A stretch of 64,000 nucleotides of DNA from an uncultured Candidatus Saccharibacteria bacterium (GCA_964402035.1 CAYOAM010000001.1:243558-307557); one strand, 5' to 3'. Positions 12,133 through 21,706 are shown, counted from the first letter of the stretch. The notes: generated from the sequence alone by a model not told the origin. Numbers and translations are program-made.

Positions 12133-13086
12133 ATGAATGAAAAAAATACCCCACGTGATTTCTTCTTGCATGCAGGAGCCTTTCTAACATTATATCTAGG
12201 GGCAATAGCTCTGATCACTCTACTCTTTAGTGTGATCAATTACGTATTTCCTGATCCACTTCAGGGCGTCTACTACAGCGACCCATACTCTGGTCCGATT
12301 CGATTTGCCATAGCATCACTGTTTGTATTGGTGCCGTTGACCGTATACCTATTTTTTGTCGTGCAAAAGGAGTCACGTCTAAGTCCTGAGCGAAGAACCA
12401 TGACCATCAGAAAATGGCTCACCTATATCACGATCTTTGTTGCAGCAGGGACCGTTGTTGGTGATCTTATCGCTCTTTTGTATAGTTTCTTAGGTGGAAC
12501 ATTGCCAACAGCATTTTTTCTCAAGATACTCGTCATACTAGCCATAATGGGAGCGGGGTTTGGGTATTTCCTCATGGATATCAAGGGATATTGGGTCACT
12601 CGAGCAGCACAGTCTCGCATGGTTGGTCTAGGGATTCTGGTTGTTGTTTTCAGTTCTATTGTTGGGGGCATGGTGCTTATGGGAAGCCCAATGACGCAGC
12701 GAGATCTAAACCTCGATAATCAGCAGATTAATGACTTGATGACAACAGAATCTACGATCAATAATTATTGGCAAGCAACCAAGGGAAGATTGCCTGACTC
12801 ACTTGCGCAGCTAGAGAACGATAACACTGGTTATCGTGTGATCCAGAGCCCAGAAGGACGTGAACCATACGAGTACAAAAAGACAAGTACGACAACGTAT
12901 GAATTGTGCGCAACATTTGCACTGGCGCTTGATGAAAAGACGTATCCAACCAACGGATATGCATACCCTCAGCGCCAAAAATGGATGCATGCTCCAGGAC
13001 GAGTATGTTTCCAGATGAAAGTAGACCCCGCATTACTTACTATAGGAAGTGAAGTTCCATTGGGAGTACCTATCAAGGGATTTTAG
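12133..13086 (+). CDS. hypothetical integral membrane protein
   Basis: Multiple TM helices in the N-terminal two thirds and a hydrophilic C-terminal domain. No recognised family. Confidence 0.45.
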   Translation: MNEKNTPRDFFLHAGAFLTLYLGAIALITLLFSVINYVFPDPLQGVYYSDPYSGPIRFAIASLFVLVPLTVYLFFVVQKESRLSPERRTMTIRKWLTYITIFVAAGTVVGDLIALLYSFLGGTLPTAFFLKILVILAIMGAGFGYFLMDIKGYWVTRAAQSRMVGLGILVVVFSSIVGGMVLMGSPMTQRDLNLDNQQINDLMTTESTINNYWQATKGRLPDSLAQLENDNTGYRVIQSPEGREPYEYKKTSTTTYELCATFALALDEKTYPTNGYAYPQRQKWMHAPGRVCFQMKVDPALLTIGSEVPLGVPIKGF

Positions 13087-13106
13087 GACCGATAGTGCGC
13101 GTTTGG

Positions 13107-13235
13107 ATAGAACATGCTTAAAAACCTACAGATACGAGACGGCAAGGAGCGAGAACCCGAGGCGTATTTGATATACGGTGAGTGGTTCGAGCGACGCAGA
13201 CAACGAAGTAGGTGTGGTTTTTAAACATGTTCTAC
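13107..13235 (+). repeat. long-range inverted repeat (18 of 20 bp) enclosing 89 nt and abutting the leuS start codon
   Basis: Left arm atagaacatgcttaaaaacc (13107-13126). Right arm ggtttttaaacatgttctac (13216-13235) ends 1 nt before the leuS ATG. Confidence 0.6.
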
Positions 13236-13236
13236 T

Positions 13237-15624
13237 ATGCACAAGAAATTTGATCATAATGCCATAGAGAAAAAATGGCAGGACACATGGGAAAAGAGCG
13301 GAATTTTCGATGTCGGAGCCCGCGATCATGCCAAAGAGAAGAAATATATACTGGTTGAGTTTCCGTACCCGTCGGGCAATCTTCATATTGGCCATTGGTT
13401 TGCTTTTGCAGTCGTTGATATCTACGTTCGTGCCTTGCGTATGCAGGGGAAGCAGGTGTTCTTTCCTATTGGTTTTGATTCGTTTGGATTACCTGCAGAA
13501 AATGCAGCGATAAAACGTGGTCTGAATCCAAAAGATTGGACGTACGACAATATTGCATACATGACGCAACAGCTCAAAAGTATGGGTAATGCTTTTGCAT
13601 GGAATGCATCACTACGAACATCAGATCCCGAGTACTACGGTTTTACGCAACATCTTTTTACAGAGTTTTTTAAGCATGATCTCGTGTATCGAGGTACCGC
13701 AATTGTGAACTGGGACCCTGTTGATAAGACTGTAGTGGCAAACGAGCAAGTCCTACCTGACGGCACGGGTGAACGCTCGGGAGCAAAAATTGAAAAGCGG
13801 GAAATGCCGCAATGGATGATGCGGATCACAAAGTATGCTGATCGTCTTATTGATGATCTTGATACGTTGCCATGGCCAAATCACATTAAGGAGTCTCAAA
13901 AAAACTGGATAGGGAGAAGCGAGGGAGCAACACTCGACTTTGCGCTTACGACAGGAGAGGTCGTACCTGTTTTTACTACTCGCCCTGAGACTATTTTTGG
14001 TGCGACCTATATTGTGCTTGCTCCGGAGCATCCATTGGTTGCTAAAAATAAGGATATAATAAAAAACTGGAACGAGGTTTCTGCCTATTGTGAGACGGCG
14101 CGACACAAAGATGACATAGAACGCATTGCAGAAAAAAAGGAAAAGACTGGTGTAGCACTTGAAGGGATCAAAGCCTTCAATCCAGCAACAAAATTAGAAA
14201 TCCCTGTCTATGTTGCAGAATATGTACTTTCTCAATACGGCACGGGCGCTATTATGGCAGTACCCGCACATGACACGCGTGATTATGCTTTTGCGCAGAC
14301 ATTTTCTCTCCCGGTAGTCCCCGTGATCAAGACAAGTGAACCGTTGCCGTATGCAGGAAATGGACCTCTCATACATTCAGGCGCATTTGATGGTTTAAAT
14401 AACGAAGAAGCCAAGCAAGCAATTGTTGAGCATTTGCATGGCAAACTCACCAAGACGTATCGATTGCGCGATTGGTCGGTGGGACGTCAGCGATATTGGG
14501 GCGTACCTATCCCTATCGTGTACGATCCTCAAGGTACAGCGCACCCAATCCCCAAAGAGCACTTGCCGTGGCTTTTACCTGTAGACGTAGATTTTACTCC
14601 TACAGGTGTTGCTCCACTTGCAAAATCTGCAGAGCTTAAAGAAAGAACAGAAAAGATTTTTGGAAAGGGTTGGACGCCAGAAGTTGAGACTATGGATACT
14701 TTTGTGGACTCTTCCTGGCATTTTTTACGGTACACGGATGTACAGAATACAAATGCATTTGCATCTCTGGAAGCTCAAAAAGATTGGATGCCGGTTGATA
14801 TCTATTTTGGTGGAGCGGAACATACCACCATGCATCTTTTGTACTCTCGATTTTGGCAAAAAGCACTATTTGATCTTGGTTTAGCAACTGAGCCTGAGCC
14901 GTACACTATGCGAATAAACCGGGGTCTGGTATTGGGGCCCGATGGCAACAAAATGAGTAAGTCCAAGGGCAATGTTATTGATCCTGATATAGAAGTCACT
15001 CGTTTAGGGGCTGATACGGTAAAGATGTACTTGGCCTTTATGGGACCATATGCAGAGACATCGAACTATCCGTGGGATATGGGTGGTATTGCCGGTCTAC
15101 GTCGCTTTTTGGAGCGAGCACATGGGCTTGTGGATCACGTCCGTGACCTTGAAGCTCCTCACATTACGGTGTTGCTGAATCAAACCATTGAAAAGATGAC
15201 GAATGATATTGCTTTGTACAAATTTAACACTGCCATAAGTGCGCTCATGGTCTTTATAAACAGCGCCGAAAAAGATGGGTTATCTCGAGCTTCGTATCAG
15301 ATTTTTGTGCGCCTCTTGGCTCCATTTGCGCCGCATTTGACTGAGGAATTGTGGTCGCTGTTGGGTGAGTCTACATCGATCCATGAGGCAGCGTGGCCGA
15401 TAGCAGATCAGACCGTCCTACAAAGCAGACAGGTGACCATGGCGGTACAAATTGATGGGAAAACACGAGGAACCGTGACAGTCCCAATGGGCAGCGATGA
15501 GGCTACGGTGATGGCTGCGGTGCGTAATGACGCGGCACTTGAGCGTTATCTTGAGTCATTGGAGCAGCCAAAAGTGATTTTCGTGGTGAATAAAATCATC
15601 AATGTGCTCAATAACCGTGGATAA
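13237..15624 (+). CDS. leuS: leucine--tRNA ligase
   Basis: HIGH motif (NLHIGHWFAF), KMSKS (KMSKSKGN) and full-length LeuRS similarity. Confidence 0.95.
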   Translation: MHKKFDHNAIEKKWQDTWEKSGIFDVGARDHAKEKKYILVEFPYPSGNLHIGHWFAFAVVDIYVRALRMQGKQVFFPIGFDSFGLPAENAAIKRGLNPKDWTYDNIAYMTQQLKSMGNAFAWNASLRTSDPEYYGFTQHLFTEFFKHDLVYRGTAIVNWDPVDKTVVANEQVLPDGTGERSGAKIEKREMPQWMMRITKYADRLIDDLDTLPWPNHIKESQKNWIGRSEGATLDFALTTGEVVPVFTTRPETIFGATYIVLAPEHPLVAKNKDIIKNWNEVSAYCETARHKDDIERIAEKKEKTGVALEGIKAFNPATKLEIPVYVAEYVLSQYGTGAIMAVPAHDTRDYAFAQTFSLPVVPVIKTSEPLPYAGNGPLIHSGAFDGLNNEEAKQAIVEHLHGKLTKTYRLRDWSVGRQRYWGVPIPIVYDPQGTAHPIPKEHLPWLLPVDVDFTPTGVAPLAKSAELKERTEKIFGKGWTPEVETMDTFVDSSWHFLRYTDVQNTNAFASLEAQKDWMPVDIYFGGAEHTTMHLLYSRFWQKALFDLGLATEPEPYTMRINRGLVLGPDGNKMSKSKGNVIDPDIEVTRLGADTVKMYLAFMGPYAETSNYPWDMGGIAGLRRFLERAHGLVDHVRDLEAPHITVLLNQTIEKMTNDIALYKFNTAISALMVFINSAEKDGLSRASYQIFVRLLAPFAPHLTEELWSLLGESTSIHEAAWPIADQTVLQSRQVTMAVQIDGKTRGTVTVPMGSDEATVMAAVRNDAALERYLESLEQPKVIFVVNKIINVLNNRG

Positions 15625-15685
15625 CCAGAGCTTGACGTATTTTGAATATTGTGATAAAAAGGATTATAAGTCGTAAAAAACACAT

Positions 15686-16717
15686 ATGTCTAGTATTAAC
15701 TTTAAACCTAAACAGGTCACAAAAAAGCTGCTTTCAGCACTGTCAAGCCGTGCTCAGGACGTGCTTACCAAGCGCTATGGTTTAACTGCGGATACTGAGT
15801 CACATACACTCGAAGCTATTGGTCAGATCTACGGCATCACCCGTGAGCGTGTTCGCCAGATCGAAAACCACGCTATTCAGGCTATACAGAAGTCACCAAC
15901 CTATAAGGAGTTTGATGAAACTTTTGAAGAGCTCCGTGCATCCATCGAAGGGTTGGGCACCGTGATCGCCGAGCACGCACTACTTGAGGAACTTGGAAAA
16001 GATGTTGCGGCAAAAAATCATCTTTTTTTCCTGTTGGTGTTGGGAACTCCATTTAACCGCAAAAAGGAGGACGATGCATTTCATCACCGATGGCATATTG
16101 CTTCAGATACAGCAGACAAGGTAGAGAAGGCGTTGACTGAAGTGCATGCGACTCTTTCAGAAGACGATCTCTTTTCTGATGAAGAAATTTTAAATTTGTT
16201 TACTAAAAACCTCGACGAATCAGTAGCACGCAATACTGACGAAGCTACGTTGCGCCGATGGCTTTCTATCTCAAAACGTATTGGACGAAATCCATTGGGA
16301 GAATGGGGTGTTTCTTCAAGTCCCAATGTTCGTGCCAAGGGTATCCGCGATTTTGCGTATCTTACCGTCAAGCGTCACGGTTCACCGATGCACTTTAGAG
16401 AAGTAGCGCGGGCTATCGAAGAATTGTTCAACCGAAAAGCACACATCGCTACCTGTCACAATGAACTCATAAAGGACAAGCGTTTTGTGCTCGTGGGACG
16501 TGGTCTCTATGCACTTACTGAGTGGGGATACTCTGCAGGTGTTGTAAAGGATGTGTTGCGTGAAATTTTGCGCAAAGAAGGAGCGCTTACTCGAAATGAA
16601 ATTATCGACAAGGTCCGAAAGGAACGCTACGTAAAAGACAATACTATTATCGTAAATCTTCAAGATCCTGCACTATTCCGACGATTGCCTGATGGACGCT
16701 ATACCCTTGCTGAATAA
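15686..16717 (+). CDS. sigma-70 region 4 domain-containing protein (not a full sigma factor)
   Basis: N-terminal LSSRAQDVLTKRYGL...EAIGQIYGITRERVRQIENHAIQAIQK is a classic sigma-70 region 4 HTH. The remaining roughly 250 aa are unrelated to sigma regions 1-3. Confidence 0.6.
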   Translation: MSSINFKPKQVTKKLLSALSSRAQDVLTKRYGLTADTESHTLEAIGQIYGITRERVRQIENHAIQAIQKSPTYKEFDETFEELRASIEGLGTVIAEHALLEELGKDVAAKNHLFFLLVLGTPFNRKKEDDAFHHRWHIASDTADKVEKALTEVHATLSEDDLFSDEEILNLFTKNLDESVARNTDEATLRRWLSISKRIGRNPLGEWGVSSSPNVRAKGIRDFAYLTVKRHGSPMHFREVARAIEELFNRKAHIATCHNELIKDKRFVLVGRGLYALTEWGYSAGVVKDVLREILRKEGALTRNEIIDKVRKERYVKDNTIIVNLQDPALFRRLPDGRYTLAE

Positions 16718-16720
16718 ATA

Positions 16721-16748
16721 AAAGCCTCCCCTTGGGAGGCTTTTATTG
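16721..16748 (+). terminator. rho-independent terminator
   Basis: gcctccc-ctt-gggaggc hairpin followed by ttttatt. Confidence 0.7.
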
Positions 16749-16761
16749 TTAGAATACTCTC

Positions 16762-18123
16762 ATGTCAGCTCCTGCCAAAAAGAAAGGAAAGAGTACGCTC
16801 GATATACTTGAAGGATTTGGTGTGAATGGAGGTATTGTCCTTTCAATTCTAGGGCTCTGTTTGATTGGTTTTATAGTACTCTATATCGGAATACCGACCA
16901 CACAGTGGATTTCTTTTGTTTTTTTATCAAGCCCTTTATGGCTGCCGTGGGTTTTGTTCCATGAGTTTTTTAAGAAATGGATGGAGTATGTTGGGATGAG
17001 TTTTGCTTTGGCCCAAGGGCGGACAACGCTCGAAATACAATTTCCCCAGGAAGTTTTTAAATCACCGCTAGCGATGGAGTTGGTACTCAATCAGATGTAC
17101 CAGACAGCAAGTCCAGACAATCATATAGAGACATACTGGGATGGTAAACATCCGCCGACATATGGACTGGAGATTGTATCCGATGGCGGCCGCATCCACT
17201 TTTATATCAATACACCAAAGAAAAAGTTTAAAAACCTAATTGAGACACAACTGTATGCTCAGTATCCCGGCATTGTGGTAAAAGAGTTACCCATCGACTA
17301 TACAGCAGCACTGCCGTGGGATCCGAGTCGTTTTGGTTATTTTGCGTTGCATTTTCGTTTAAAAAACCCTGATCCATTTCCAATAAAAACCTACATCGAT
17401 TTCGGTTTAGATAAGGATCAAAAGGAGGAGTATAAGATCGACCCCATGTCGACTATTCTCGAACTTCTTGGTTCTATTGGTCCAAAAGAAAAAATTTGGA
17501 TACAGATTTTGATATCCGCGCACCGAAAGGTAAATTTTAAGACTGGCAGCTTGCAAGAACATGACGACTGGCAAGGAGCTATTACTGCAGAAATAGACAA
17601 AATAATGAAAAAGCGTGCAGGAAAAAAGAAGAAACCGAGTGGCGAAGAAGAGGAAGAACTTTCTGGTACCCTTACACCGCGTGAGCGCGATATTGTCGCA
17701 TCACTGGAACGTAGCGCGGCAAAAAACGCCTTCAATACGAAGATACGTGCGCTCTATGCTGCTGAACTAGAAGGTCTTCAGATTAGCGAACGTATTGGCC
17801 CCATTATCACCATGTGGCGTTCATTTGATGATGTCACGCGAAATGGTATCGGTGTAGCTTGGCGTAGTGACTTTGATTGGAACTGGTGGCAAGACCCTAG
17901 TGGAAAAAAACGCGCAGCGCATAAAGAGCGTGAACTTGAGGAGTATAAATTGCGCATTTATGAAGGACAAGCCGCCAAGGGTATTGATGGCGGGTTTATA
18001 TTAACGACCGAGGAACTTGCGTCAATCTTTCACCCAGCGGGAGCTGTTCTACTCACTCCTACATTGGAACGAGTACCATCTGCCCGAGCAGAAGCTCCAT
18101 CGAATTTACCTCGTGGGATTTAG
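16762..18123 (+). CDS. hypothetical membrane protein (2 N-terminal TM, large soluble domain)
   Basis: 453-aa ORF with no recognisable domain. A TAGAAT hexamer lies 6 nt upstream of the ATG. Confidence 0.5.
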   Translation: MSAPAKKKGKSTLDILEGFGVNGGIVLSILGLCLIGFIVLYIGIPTTQWISFVFLSSPLWLPWVLFHEFFKKWMEYVGMSFALAQGRTTLEIQFPQEVFKSPLAMELVLNQMYQTASPDNHIETYWDGKHPPTYGLEIVSDGGRIHFYINTPKKKFKNLIETQLYAQYPGIVVKELPIDYTAALPWDPSRFGYFALHFRLKNPDPFPIKTYIDFGLDKDQKEEYKIDPMSTILELLGSIGPKEKIWIQILISAHRKVNFKTGSLQEHDDWQGAITAEIDKIMKKRAGKKKKPSGEEEEELSGTLTPRERDIVASLERSAAKNAFNTKIRALYAAELEGLQISERIGPIITMWRSFDDVTRNGIGVAWRSDFDWNWWQDPSGKKRAAHKERELEEYKLRIYEGQAAKGIDGGFILTTEELASIFHPAGAVLLTPTLERVPSARAEAPSNLPRGI

Positions 18124-18124
18124 T

Positions 18125-19120
18125 ATGAGTGAAATGGAGTCAGCCGAGGTTATTGTTGAGCGCTCATATTTGCGGTCTGGGGTATGGCTGCTTATCATGC
18201 TTGCTGTCATTGCTGTTATCGCCATTGTTTTGGTAGCATTTTTGAATACACCACCAAGTACGTTTACACACAATGCGCGCGTTACGATCGAGCCCGGATC
18301 ATCTCTTGGTGACATTGCAAAAACGCTAAAAGCAAATGGTCTTGTACGTGTGCCGCTACTATTTGAACTTGCGGTCTCAATGCAGGGTGAAGCGGAAAAT
18401 ATGCACGCTGGAATCTATCAGTTTGCTTCCCCTCTTAGTAGCGTCGCTCTTGCCGACGCTATGATACAAAAGACCGCTGCTGTTCCGCCGATACGTGTGA
18501 CGATTCCAGAAGGATCAACCCTCGCAGATTTTGATGAGATACTATCGTCAGCTATCCCACGAATAGAGAAGGGTGCAATCGTTGCTGCAGCTTCAAACAC
18601 GGAGGGTATTTTATTTCCTGATACCTATTTAATACCCGAAGACTACGATGCAACTGATGTTGTCACACTACTCTCAGACACGTTCAAAGAGAAGCTAAAA
18701 CCATTTGCAGCAGATATTATCGAGAGTGGATTTACTGAACAAGAAATTGTCACGTTGGCTTCGCTTGTAGAACGCGAAGCAAACGATAGTACATCAATGC
18801 GTATGGTCTCCGGAATCTTGTTCAATAGATTAGAAATCAATATGCCATTACAAGTTGACGCTGCATTTATGTATCTGCTACAAAAAAGCAGCGCGGAATT
18901 GACTCCAGAAGACCTCGCATATGATTCTCCGTACAATACCTATCTGTATGCCGGTTTGCCGCCGGGACCAATAGCAAGTCCCAGCATCGCCGCGATAGAA
19001 GCAGTTCTAAAGCCAATCGCATCAGAGAATCTGTATTACTTGACGGGGAATGATGGTATGTTTTACTACGCCGAAACATTTGAACAACATAAACTCAACA
19101 AAGAGCGCTATTTGCGCTAG
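18125..19120 (+). CDS. mltG: endolytic murein transglycosylase MltG (YceG family)
   Basis: N-terminal TM, then LVEREA and YNTYLYAGLPPGPIASP motifs of YceG/MltG. Start placed at the ATG immediately after the upstream stop. Confidence 0.85.
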   Translation: MSEMESAEVIVERSYLRSGVWLLIMLAVIAVIAIVLVAFLNTPPSTFTHNARVTIEPGSSLGDIAKTLKANGLVRVPLLFELAVSMQGEAENMHAGIYQFASPLSSVALADAMIQKTAAVPPIRVTIPEGSTLADFDEILSSAIPRIEKGAIVAAASNTEGILFPDTYLIPEDYDATDVVTLLSDTFKEKLKPFAADIIESGFTEQEIVTLASLVEREANDSTSMRMVSGILFNRLEINMPLQVDAAFMYLLQKSSAELTPEDLAYDSPYNTYLYAGLPPGPIASPSIAAIEAVLKPIASENLYYLTGNDGMFYYAETFEQHKLNKERYLR

Positions 19121-19126
19121 TAACCT

Positions 19127-20200
19127 ATGAAAAAACAGACTGTCTTCGTTGGCATGTCCGGTGGCGTCGATTCATCGGTTGCCGCCCTCCTACTTAAGGA
19201 GCAGGGCTACGCGGTAGTTGGTGTATTTATCAAAGTGTGGCAGCCAGATTTTTTATCATGTCACTGGGAAGCCGAGCGTCTGGATGCTATGCGTGTAGCG
19301 GCACATTTGGATATCCCTTTTTTGACATGTGACGCGGAGGATACGTATAAAAAAGATGTAGCTGATTATTTTATTGAATCCTACAAGACTGGCATAACAC
19401 CGAATCCGGATGTTATGTGTAACACCCATATAAAGTTTGGAAGGTTTTTTGAGTTTGCAAAAGAGCATAACGCAACACATATCGCTACCGGACATTATGC
19501 GCGAACAAAGTCCGATACTATTCCAGCGCAGCTCTTGCGAGGAGCGGATGTAGTAAAGGATCAAAGTTATTTTTTGTGGAATATTAGTGAAGATGCTTTG
19601 CGGCATACACTCTTTCCGATAGGACATCTCCAAAAATCTGAAGTACGGGCCATAGCGACGCGTGCGAACCTGCCGACGGCAACAAAAGATGAGAGTCAAG
19701 GAATTTGTTTTTTGGGTCACGTTGATATGCGTGAATTTCTTTCTCACTATATCGATCTCAAAGATGGAGTAGTTGTTGACGAACAGGGCGCTAGTATCGG
19801 TAGTCATCATGGCGCAGTACTCTATACCATAGGGCAGCGTCACGGTTTTCACATCGATCCAAAGCATGCAAGTACTGCTCCGTATTTTGTCATCAATAAA
19901 GACAAAGCACAGAATACGATTATGGTGAGCACTCATAAACCACAGCGACGTGATCTAGAGCTCACGCTTACCAATCTTCGCTATTATGCAGATTCAACAT
20001 CCTTACCCAAGACGCTCGATGTACAGATACGGTATCGGCAAAAACCGCTCCAGGCTAGGGTCACAGGGACGACGGCTTCAACACTGTCACTGACTTTTAC
20101 GGAACCTGCAGATATTCCGGACCAGGGGCAATCCTGCGTTCTCTATAGCAACGATCGCGTGCTCGCGGGTGGTATTATTAGTGCTTCAGTATTACATTAA
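19127..20200 (+). CDS. mnmA: tRNA-specific 2-thiouridylase MnmA
   Basis: PP-loop FVGMSGGVDSSVAA, CNTHIKF motif and full-length MnmA similarity. Confidence 0.9.
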   Translation: MKKQTVFVGMSGGVDSSVAALLLKEQGYAVVGVFIKVWQPDFLSCHWEAERLDAMRVAAHLDIPFLTCDAEDTYKKDVADYFIESYKTGITPNPDVMCNTHIKFGRFFEFAKEHNATHIATGHYARTKSDTIPAQLLRGADVVKDQSYFLWNISEDALRHTLFPIGHLQKSEVRAIATRANLPTATKDESQGICFLGHVDMREFLSHYIDLKDGVVVDEQGASIGSHHGAVLYTIGQRHGFHIDPKHASTAPYFVINKDKAQNTIMVSTHKPQRRDLELTLTNLRYYADSTSLPKTLDVQIRYRQKPLQARVTGTTASTLSLTFTEPADIPDQGQSCVLYSNDRVLAGGIISASVLH

Positions 20201-20208
20201 AACATATC

Positions 20209-21048
20209 ATGCTTGAACATATTAATATTCGTAAAGCCGATGGGACGACCGAAGCATTCCAAATGTCTAAATTGCGTACGTCACTAAAGCGCGCGGGAGC
20301 ATCGGAGACTGAGATGACACAGATAACGAGGACCATAGAGTCAGAGCTGGTGGAAGGTATGACGACGGAACAAATCTATCGCCATGCCTTTGATCTTTTG
20401 CGACAAGGTGAAAAAACTACAGCCGCACGCTACTCACTGCGACGCGCCATGATAGGTCTTGGACCAACCGGTTTTCCTTTTGAAGATTATTTGGCAGCGC
20501 TTTTTACTGCCCAGGGGTATAAGACACGTACACGAGCGATCGTAAAGGGAAAGTGCGTATCGCATGAAGTCGATGTGGTGGCATATAAAGACAGCGACTG
20601 CTTTGTTGCGGAGGCAAAATTTCATATGCAACCGGGTATAAAATCTGATCTGCAAGTCATACTGTACTCGCACGCTCGCTTTCTTGATATCGTAGGCGTC
20701 AAGGTACACAAAAATGATATTGCGACCATCACGAAGCCTTGGGTGATCACGAATACCAAGTTCACTTCAACAGCAATTCAATATGCAAAATGTGCAGGTG
20801 TGCATTTGCTTTCATGGGATTATCCAAAAAAGGACAACTTGCAGCAGATGATTGAAACGACAAAACTATATCCTATAACAGTTCTTCAGAGTCTTTCATT
20901 GCGAGACAAAAAAACACTACTTTCACAAGGGACTGTGCTGTGCAGTGACGTTATTGACAATCAACAGCTTTTGTCATCTGCTGGTGTACCGCGCAATAAA
21001 ATGAGCGCTATTTTGGACGAAAGTGTACGACTATGCACAATTAATTAA
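20209..21048 (+). CDS. ATP-cone domain fused to an Mrr-type restriction-endonuclease-like (PD-(D/E)xK) domain, with a C-terminal HhH-like tail
   Basis: N-terminus INIRKADGTTEAFQMSKLRTSLKRAG matches the ATP-cone. FEDYLAALFTAQGY...HEVDVVAYKD...AEAKF...VITNTKFTSTAIQYA matches the Mrr_cat consensus (D, E-x-K and Q motifs). Confidence 0.6.
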   Translation: MLEHINIRKADGTTEAFQMSKLRTSLKRAGASETEMTQITRTIESELVEGMTTEQIYRHAFDLLRQGEKTTAARYSLRRAMIGLGPTGFPFEDYLAALFTAQGYKTRTRAIVKGKCVSHEVDVVAYKDSDCFVAEAKFHMQPGIKSDLQVILYSHARFLDIVGVKVHKNDIATITKPWVITNTKFTSTAIQYAKCAGVHLLSWDYPKKDNLQQMIETTKLYPITVLQSLSLRDKKTLLSQGTVLCSDVIDNQQLLSSAGVPRNKMSAILDESVRLCTIN

Positions 21049-21053
21049 TTGCA

Positions 21054-21062
21054 TGCTATAAT
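21054..21062 (+). promoter_or_regulatory. extended -10 (TGcTATAAT) internal promoter for the downstream gene
   Basis: Overlaps the end of the ATP-cone gene. Followed by a 44-nt leader containing a 2x10-bp tandem repeat cattaaccga (21071-21090). Confidence 0.4.
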
Positions 21063-21105
21063 CGACCGCGCATTAACCGACATTAACCGATTAGCGTTTT
21101 CCTTT

Positions 21106-21687
21106 ATGGAAGAACAAGAAAAAAAACAAAAAACAATAGTAGCATTCATCGCAGGTCTATTGATTGGAGGATTGCTCGTGTGGGTGTTTGGAGTATCGCC
21201 AAAGGATGTAAAGAAAGAAGTAGCAGTTGGTAAGACTGACGTTACCGATGTTTCTGATACCGTGAAAGATGCAGAGGTTGCTAGTGAGACAAAGACAAAC
21301 GGAAAGGGAGGTGAAGTTGTAGAAAAGAAACCGGCGGTGACAGAGACCGTTGCAAAAGGTGCGGGTTCAATCTCAGTTGCTGACCAGGATGCTGGAGCGG
21401 TCGTCACGTTGGGTGCGTTTACTATGCCAGTTGATAATGCATGGATTGTAGTCCATGAACTAAATGCGGGAGGCACGTTAGGAAATGCCCTTGGTGCATC
21501 TCGTTACTCAAAGACAGAAGGACTTATTCCTAAAACTGTTGAACTACTACGCTCAACAGAAGCGGGAAAGACCTACCATGTCGTACTATACAGCGAGAAT
21601 GGTGACCGAGTATTTGATCTAAAGGAAGATGCTTTGATTACCACCGAAGGTGGTGATCGAATTGAGGACGCCTTCAAGACAAACTAG
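21106..21687 (+). CDS. hypothetical secreted/membrane-anchored protein
   Basis: Signal-anchor IVAFIAGLLIGGLLVWVFG, a low-complexity Lys/Glu/Thr linker, and a roughly 100-aa C-terminal domain. The track start (TTG at 21049) is replaced by the internal ATG. Confidence 0.45.
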   Translation: MEEQEKKQKTIVAFIAGLLIGGLLVWVFGVSPKDVKKEVAVGKTDVTDVSDTVKDAEVASETKTNGKGGEVVEKKPAVTETVAKGAGSISVADQDAGAVVTLGAFTMPVDNAWIVVHELNAGGTLGNALGASRYSKTEGLIPKTVELLRSTEAGKTYHVVLYSENGDRVFDLKEDALITTEGGDRIEDAFKTN

Positions 21688-21706
21688 GTTCAAAAGTATA
21701 CGCACT

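Noticed and set aside
13175-13200. tRNA-like T-loop motif GGTTCGAGC inside the leuS upstream inverted repeat. The 89-nt length is similar to tRNA-Leu.
   Set aside because: The flanking bases cannot form a 5-bp T-stem or a 7-bp acceptor stem. No D- or anticodon arm could be drawn.
18017-18124. N-terminal extensions of track ORFs overlapping upstream genes: mltG 18017, scpA 44325, rplM 33893, nudix 52784, dnaJ 37519, DUF1153 10042, GTG start 21726 inside a terminator, TTG starts 21049 and 40905.
   Set aside because: In each case an internal ATG right after the upstream stop, or at the conserved family N-terminus, gives a non-overlapping gene of canonical length. The extensions run into terminators or the preceding CDS.
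21071-21090. Possible CRISPR-like repeat.
   Set aside because: There are only two 10-bp copies, directly adjacent, with no spacers. No cas genes are nearby. The Cas4-like nuclease is solitary. It is not a CRISPR array.
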